NCBI GenBank assembly: GCA_903870055.1
Contig: CAIQBG010000016.1
Span: 52,709 to 76,708, forward strand
Length of the DNA: 24,000 nucleotides
Source: an uncultured Pseudomonadota bacterium
Lineage (GTDB): Bacteria; Pseudomonadota; Gammaproteobacteria; Burkholderiales; Rhodocyclaceae
Direction: 5' to 3'
Shown here: piece by piece, positions 19,255 to 24,000 of the stretch
Numbering within the stretch: position 1 is the stretch's first letter
How the letters are laid out: each line of letters begins with the position of its first letter
The notes under the pieces: generated by a model
Seen by the model: the letters and a program-made list of their open reading frames with translations, nothing else
Database searches by the model: none
What the model was told of the DNA's origin: nothing
Position numbers and translations under genes: made by a program

Positions 19255-20001
19255 GTGAACACAGCAGAATTCTTAGGCGCACTACGTGAGCCGCTCCCAA
19301 ATTGGCTAAAAACTTATAGGCTAGGGAATAGGATCACGTTAGATGATTTTTTTGATTCGCGTACGGTGTATTACCCAGGGTCAGGCCATGACGGGCAGCC
19401 AGTTGCTTTATTTGGATCCTCAGGCGCAGCTCATTGTTTTGTATTCGCCGACTATGGCGTTAGCCAAGCTGAGATTACGGTTGATCTACAGAGTCGCTCC
19501 AATTCATTTCGAGGTTACAAGTCCTTAGTTCGTATTCACCTGAGCCAAGACGATTTAACACCAAACGGTTGGGCGGCACATATTCAACAACATGAAATCA
19601 CGAATAAATGCTTTATCCAGGGCTTTGTGACGCCGTTCGGATTTTTGGAAATCCTCGAACGTTTCAAAAATCTGGATGATACCCATGGGCCTAAAAGGCT
19701 CGCGGTTCTATTTCTTGGCGCCGATGGCATCGCAGCATATGACGCTATTTTTTGCCAAGGTACCCACAAGCCACCATTTGCTGTTGTCATTCAAGAGCAC
19801 GGGTTTGGGGGTAACTACGATGCCTTCGGCAGGGGAAGTCTTTTAGAACTGGTTGCTATGCGTGCTGGCAGTTTGCCAGCACTACAACTGGTTTCTCAAA
19901 ATGGTCAATGCTGGGAGGGCTACGAAGCAGTTCCAGATCTTCTTCCAACGTATGGGGGTGAGCACTCTGTGGAACGCAGGCTCTGCCGGCGTCTCATGTA
20001 A
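19255..20001 (+). CDS. Hypothetical cytoplasmic protein (possible Rossmann-like fold)
   Basis: 248-aa ORF with a GTG start and RBS TAAGGAA 8 nt upstream. No signal peptide. Glycine-rich YYPGSGHDG followed by FVFADYG and LFLGADG weakly resembles beta-strand/loop motifs of nucleotide- or SAM-binding folds. Confidence 0.55.
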   Translation: MNTAEFLGALREPLPNWLKTYRLGNRITLDDFFDSRTVYYPGSGHDGQPVALFGSSGAAHCFVFADYGVSQAEITVDLQSRSNSFRGYKSLVRIHLSQDDLTPNGWAAHIQQHEITNKCFIQGFVTPFGFLEILERFKNLDDTHGPKRLAVLFLGADGIAAYDAIFCQGTHKPPFAVVIQEHGFGGNYDAFGRGSLLELVAMRAGSLPALQLVSQNGQCWEGYEAVPDLLPTYGGEHSVERRLCRRLM

Positions 20002-20379
20002 TTATTTATGATAATTGCCCTGCATACAGTGCCTGATTTCGTGTCCGATCGTATGGTAATTGGCAACTGTAGCTAGTACAACTGTACATTTATTGTTGAT
20101 AGATGCACTATCCCAGAATGAGCATGCTTCGACTGAGGCCTTAAAGCCTCCAAATCCACGCTTCTTGCTCTCTACATCACAAACGGCACGAACATCTTTG
20201 ACGATAACGAATGTCACTTGAATCTTATCGGAATTAAGTTTCGTTAGATTAAACTCTTCATGCGGATTTTCACTTGATGTAAATATTTCTCCATTCTTAC
20301 CGGAGCCAGCAACAGAGAGTTGTGCTATCAATAAGAGCGATAGGCATATTGCTAGCTTGGGATTTACCAGTAAAGCCAT
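20002..20379 (-). CDS. Small secreted four-Cys protein with C-terminal HExxHxxxGxxH (putative minimal zincin), paralogue 2
   Basis: 125-aa ORF. Signal peptide MALLVNPKLAICLSLLLIAQLSVA/GSG. The C-terminus GHEIRHCMQGNYHK carries the motif (nt 20008-20043). Its ATG is 3 nt after the stop of the upstream nuclease gene, with AAGGA embedded in that gene's last codons. Confidence 0.65.
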   Translation of the reverse strand: MALLVNPKLAICLSLLLIAQLSVAGSGKNGEIFTSSENPHEEFNLTKLNSDKIQVTFVIVKDVRAVCDVESKKRGFGGFKASVEACSFWDSASINNKCTVVLATVANYHTIGHEIRHCMQGNYHK

Positions 20380-20382
20380 ACT

Positions 20383-21843
20383 TTAGTCCTTTGCCCAGGC
20401 GTTCCATGTCTGATAAATCATAACCATCGCTAAAGTATCCAGCTCGCAGTACCTGAGCAAAGCCTTCCTGGTTGATTCTCTTAGTAGATCCGTCACATCT
20501 TCGAATTGCATACGTGCATAAGCAGTCGTGGCAGCACCTCCTTCGCGAATATCGTCACCCGCAACCGCATCCTCTCCAACGAGTTCCGATTGTTCAATGT
20601 CAGCAAAAATAGGGGGCAACAGATCATACGGATTCTTTGCACCATCTCCATCGGCAACCCACCAAGTCATCCCTTGTGCACCATCAATTGGGAAATTTTT
20701 GCTGGAAATACCGTTCGGTGCACCATAAACCGGTTGGCTATAAACACTTCTTAGCCATTCAGAAGATTTCATGACCGCCGGGAGAATCACTTTGATGCTG
20801 GTGCGTCCCTTGGTATCTGGATGGAAAAAGCACTGTCCAGCCAACACATTTAGATCGACCATCGTGCGAACGCCACGAACCACTGTTTCTTTACCGACTT
20901 TTCTGGTCGTTAATGATTCCGCAAACTTGATTAATTCATCCGCATCCGAAGGGGCTTTGCCAATTGCCTTAAGCTCCAGAAGGTCAGCGCGCAGACCGTT
21001 GAGCATGGTGTTTTCATAGTGACTCCACATGAACACGGTGCCTTTTTCCTGCCCGGGAGTACAAAGTGCCTTTTTGAGGGCCCGCAGGAAATCGATGGAT
21101 GGGTCAATACCAGGTGATAGATCTAGGAATTCGTTGGCATGTGTCACAGTGCCATTCGCGTCCAGCACATGGTGCGAAAACTGGAATGCAACCTGCGAAT
21201 AGGGCCGTTTGCCAGATACGAATGGCAATGCTGGTCGCGAGCCTTCAAAGTCGATGAAATGTAACGGGAAGGTGAATTCCGCTGCGGCTTGATGCCATAC
21301 AGCCTTGTCAAACTCGAATGGTTTTGCCTGACCCCACTCACCAAAAACTTGTAAATATTGGCGATAAGCCCGACTCATGCCTTGTCCCGCCTTGGTCTCT
21401 TCGAAATCTTCTTCTTCCAAAGTAGATAACCACAGGCCGCGGGATTTAATTAACTTATCGATCTGGCCTTTGACTGGGTAATACAATTCTGTGATCGGTC
21501 GATTTTTCTGGATATCCGCATATGAGACATGCGTGGCCTCAGCCCAGCATTCATGAAATCCACTTTTATGCTGAGCGTCGGGGTTGGCCGAATAAAACTC
21601 ACAAGTTCGGCAATGCTTACCGACAACGGCTTTGATTCGCTTTTTCTCAGCATAGGCATTAGCCCAATCCACGGCTGCCGCTTTAAAAAAACCCTCACCT
21701 CCCGGAAAGTGGATTGTTCCCGAAATAATTTGATCTACGAAACTGCTCACATCGACCGATTTAAGAAGTGGATTCCCAACCGAAGAAAGATTAGTTCCTG
21801 GCACGGTTACAGCCCAGCTTCGCTGATTGTCGCCATTGTTCAT
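20383..21843 (-). CDS. DUF2779-type protein, C-terminal part: Cys cluster plus DEDD/RNase H-like exonuclease-type domain
   Basis: 486-aa ORF. Contains HCRTCEF...HECW (three Cys). HFIDFEGSRPALPFVSGKRPYSQVAFQFSHH, GRTSIKVILPAV and LLRYCELDTLAMV match my memory of DUF2779 hallmarks and of ExoI (DxE) and ExoIII (Yx3D) motifs. It overlaps the upstream ORF by 53 nt in another frame. Confidence 0.7.
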   Translation of the reverse strand: MNNGDNQRSWAVTVPGTNLSSVGNPLLKSVDVSSFVDQIISGTIHFPGGEGFFKAAAVDWANAYAEKKRIKAVVGKHCRTCEFYSANPDAQHKSGFHECWAEATHVSYADIQKNRPITELYYPVKGQIDKLIKSRGLWLSTLEEEDFEETKAGQGMSRAYRQYLQVFGEWGQAKPFEFDKAVWHQAAAEFTFPLHFIDFEGSRPALPFVSGKRPYSQVAFQFSHHVLDANGTVTHANEFLDLSPGIDPSIDFLRALKKALCTPGQEKGTVFMWSHYENTMLNGLRADLLELKAIGKAPSDADELIKFAESLTTRKVGKETVVRGVRTMVDLNVLAGQCFFHPDTKGRTSIKVILPAVMKSSEWLRSVYSQPVYGAPNGISSKNFPIDGAQGMTWWVADGDGAKNPYDLLPPIFADIEQSELVGEDAVAGDDIREGGAATTAYARMQFEDVTDLLRESTRKALLRYCELDTLAMVMIYQTWNAWAKD

Positions 21844-22222
21844 CTGCTGTACCGCTCAAAGAATCGTAAGACTTTGACTTGACTTCGATCAATTCAATTT
21901 TCTTACCACGCTTTCGGATCACATCAATTCTGGCAACCCAGTGGCCATATTGAACCGTGCCCTCGAAAATTGTGACATCGGTCTGCTGAAGTAGTTGTTT
22001 GGTGCGTGCAATCTGATCTACCTGATCGCGATCGGTTACCTCGATACCTTCTGGATAGAGAAGCTTGGCCAGTTCACCGACCTGAAAGCCCCCATCGGCG
22101 AGTGCTTTTAGAAAGTCATTGCTTTTCTTGGTGTCTACGTAGTCTGGTTTGCCCACATAATCCAGCTTTGTTGGGCACTCGAGGGCTGTCTTAAAACGAC
22201 TTTTGCTCAGGTAGCGGCTCAT
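21791..22222 (-). CDS. PD-(D/E)XK (Cas4/RecB-like) nuclease core, N-terminal part of a split DUF2779-family gene
   Basis: The start is taken at ATG 22222 (MSRYLSKSRFKTALECPTKL, the typical DUF2779-protein N-terminus; purine-rich AAGAGA upstream). Nuclease core ARIDVIRKRGKKIELIEVKSKS. The ORF stops 27 codons after the EVK motif. This may be a frameshifted pseudogene fragment. Confidence 0.6.
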   Translation of the reverse strand: MSRYLSKSRFKTALECPTKLDYVGKPDYVDTKKSNDFLKALADGGFQVGELAKLLYPEGIEVTDRDQVDQIARTKQLLQQTDVTIFEGTVQYGHWVARIDVIRKRGKKIELIEVKSKSYDSLSGTADEQWRQSAKLGCNRARN

Positions 22223-22235
22223 TATTTCTCTTGCC

Positions 22236-22892
22236 TCACCAAAGCACAATTCGGTCATCTGGGCTAAGCAAATCACGCCCTGCAGTACCGTTTAGTAGAT
22301 TAATGTGTGAAGCGTTTTTGCCTGGCCAAAGTTTGGCAACAATTGCATCAAGGATGCCAGCCTGATTGCCAATGATTGCCGATTCAAAGCGCTCAAGATT
22401 AGCCTTGGGCTGAATCACGGTGCTGTTAAATTTGGAGACGGCAACACGCGCATCTTTAAGTAGATCACCCGGGCCGCCAAGTGCAGTGAATCGTTCAGTT
22501 GCAAAGTCGCGCCAGTTTTCAGGATGGTGTACGCCCCCAATAGTGTCGGCGTTCGAACCGACATGGCTCCCCGTTGCTTTTACACGGTGTTTCTTCAAGC
22601 GATTCAATACGCCTTCACTTGCTTTCGAATCATTTGACGCAATGCCTACATATAGGGTCGGTTTCGGAATGTCTACTGCGAAAAGATAGATCCCATACCA
22701 GGCTTCAAGTGCTTGAGCATCGGGTGTTACGGGCTCGAGAGACTTGCTCCATGTCGTGTAGGTGGCGCGATCGCGCACGGGTGTCCAGCCTTGCGCGGTC
22801 TTTTGATGAGACAAAGGACCCCAAGGCGCCAGATCAGCTGGAACCGTAAAGTGCGTTGACACATCAAGGGGGAGATTGAAATGTAGTTCCAT
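22236..22892 (-). CDS. GIY-YIG superfamily nuclease-like protein
   Basis: 218-aa ORF with RBS AAGGAA. GIY (aa 67-69), 11 residues, then YVG (aa 81-83), followed by NRLKKH (compare KRWKRH of I-TevI), and later a candidate catalytic Glu/Asn in LERFESAIIGN. Confidence 0.55.
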   Translation of the reverse strand: MELHFNLPLDVSTHFTVPADLAPWGPLSHQKTAQGWTPVRDRATYTTWSKSLEPVTPDAQALEAWYGIYLFAVDIPKPTLYVGIASNDSKASEGVLNRLKKHRVKATGSHVGSNADTIGGVHHPENWRDFATERFTALGGPGDLLKDARVAVSKFNSTVIQPKANLERFESAIIGNQAGILDAIVAKLWPGKNASHINLLNGTAGRDLLSPDDRIVLW

Positions 22893-22917
22893 CGCTATTC
22901 CTTAGAATCGGAGAGGT

Positions 22918-24000
22918 TTACTTGCTGTACATGCTGGCCGCTTTTTTCAAGTCTTCGGCGACGCGATTTTTGAGTACTTTGGGGCCAATAACGCGGACAT
23001 GATTGGCCATGCTGAGGATCCAGTAGACCAATTCTTCGCGGAGGGTTGTGGTCAGGCTCAGTTCGTAGCCATCCTTAACCTTTTTGGCAGTTTGGCTTTC
23101 ATCCAGGGGTGTTTCAGATATCCAGCCATAAGTGCCTTCGTCTACCCAGAGCTTAAGGTTAATAGGGTTGCCTAGGATGTCCTCATCAAATACCGGGTAC
23201 GCCAGTCCCTTCTTAAGGAAGGCGTCTAGATCAAAATCCTCGCCGCCTTTGACCGCAGCATAGTCAACAGAGTGCACGTCTTTGACTTTCTTGATGCGCG
23301 GGATTGTAAAAAAAACAGGAGCGGTCCCGTGCCCACGTTTGATACCAATCAGATAGCGGCGCACGCCGCGCTGGACGAGACCCAATGGTTTAACGACAAA
23401 CTCTTGGTCGCGGTACTGAATTTCAATCAACTTTTCCTGATACAAGGCCTCGTGAACCTGCTTCTCGACTTCAGGAGAGCTCTCGGGTGCTACAAAGCCG
23501 ACAGTTTCCGAAAGAATGGCGACCTTACTGAGCCACTTCTCTTCGGCCGCCAACGCCGCTTTGTTTGGGATTTTTTTGCCTAAATTTTTGTCTGCTTGGC
23601 TCTTCAGCAGTTCATTCTTATGAATGGCAGTAAATAGGGGGGCGAGCTCATCTACGAGAGCCCTAGGGACAAGACCAAGGCCAACTTTCTGCAGCACACC
23701 AAGTGCAACTGATTGGGCTGAGGTCAGCGCATTAACCATTAAGCCTGAACCGCCCTCTTTCCAGCTATAGGCGTTTTCACGATAGGCATGGCCTTTGTCA
23801 TCTTCGGCAAGCACCTTCTTGGATTCGATAGCGCCAGTAATCTGCTTAAGATGACGGAGATCGCGGGCAATCATTTGACGAAATCCAACGTCTTGGGCAT
23901 TTTTCTTTTTATCGGCAACACGGCAGGCGATCATTTTGACCGTCATCGGTTTGTCACTGCCTTGTAGGGTAGAGAAAACCGCCCAGATACGTTTGTTCAT
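22918..24000 (-). CDS. WYL-domain transcriptional regulator (BrxR/CapW/PafBC-like: wHTH - WYL - WCX)
   Basis: 360-aa ORF whose ATG is the last triplet of the window, so it could extend further upstream. N-terminal HTH (MTVKMIACRV...RQMIARDLRHLK). WYL-type segment LIEIQYRDQEFVVKPLGLVQRGVRRYLIGIKRGHGTAPVFFTIPRIKKV. C-terminal WCX-like ELVYWILSMANHVRVIGPKVLKNRVAEDLKKA. Confidence 0.8.
   Translation of the reverse strand: MNKRIWAVFSTLQGSDKPMTVKMIACRVADKKKNAQDVGFRQMIARDLRHLKQITGAIESKKVLAEDDKGHAYRENAYSWKEGGSGLMVNALTSAQSVALGVLQKVGLGLVPRALVDELAPLFTAIHKNELLKSQADKNLGKKIPNKAALAAEEKWLSKVAILSETVGFVAPESSPEVEKQVHEALYQEKLIEIQYRDQEFVVKPLGLVQRGVRRYLIGIKRGHGTAPVFFTIPRIKKVKDVHSVDYAAVKGGEDFDLDAFLKKGLAYPVFDEDILGNPINLKLWVDEGTYGWISETPLDESQTAKKVKDGYELSLTTTLREELVYWILSMANHVRVIGPKVLKNRVAEDLKKAASMYSK

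Overview
The window has two very different halves. (1) 1-13.4 kb is a standard origin-proximal housekeeping block of a proteobacterium. Protein sequences and gene order look betaproteobacterial (Neisseriales/Chromobacteriaceae-like), but this is inference only. It holds mnmG(gidA)-rsmG(gidB)-parA-parB, a sigma70-type promoter, the complete F1Fo ATP synthase operon atpIBEFHAGDC, a strong bidirectional intrinsic terminator, and the convergent DUF971-ubiE-ubiJ cluster. Nothing unusual is seen there. (2) 13.4-24.0 kb is an accessory block of 11 tightly packed ORFs with no housekeeping identity. A 702-aa tandem AAA+ ATPase converges, with overlapping stop codons, on an operon encoding a membrane-less FtsH paralogue plus a secreted protein. 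That paralogue has lost its ATPase motifs but keeps an intact HEAGH zinc site. The block also holds two paralogous small secreted four-Cys proteins ending in HExxHxxxGxxH, a lipoprotein with an internal TM helix, and an orphan 248-aa protein. Its last unit is an operon: WYL regulator -> GIY-YIG nuclease -> PD-(D/E)XK/DUF2779 nuclease (split into two overlapping ORFs) -> small secreted HExxH protein. The WYL-nuclease operon and the AAA+/ATPase-dead FtsH pair are my two best candidates for undescribed, probably conflict/defence, systems. I recognise neither as a named system from memory, and this needs a database check. No rRNA, tRNA, CRISPR array, transposase or integrase is visible in the window.
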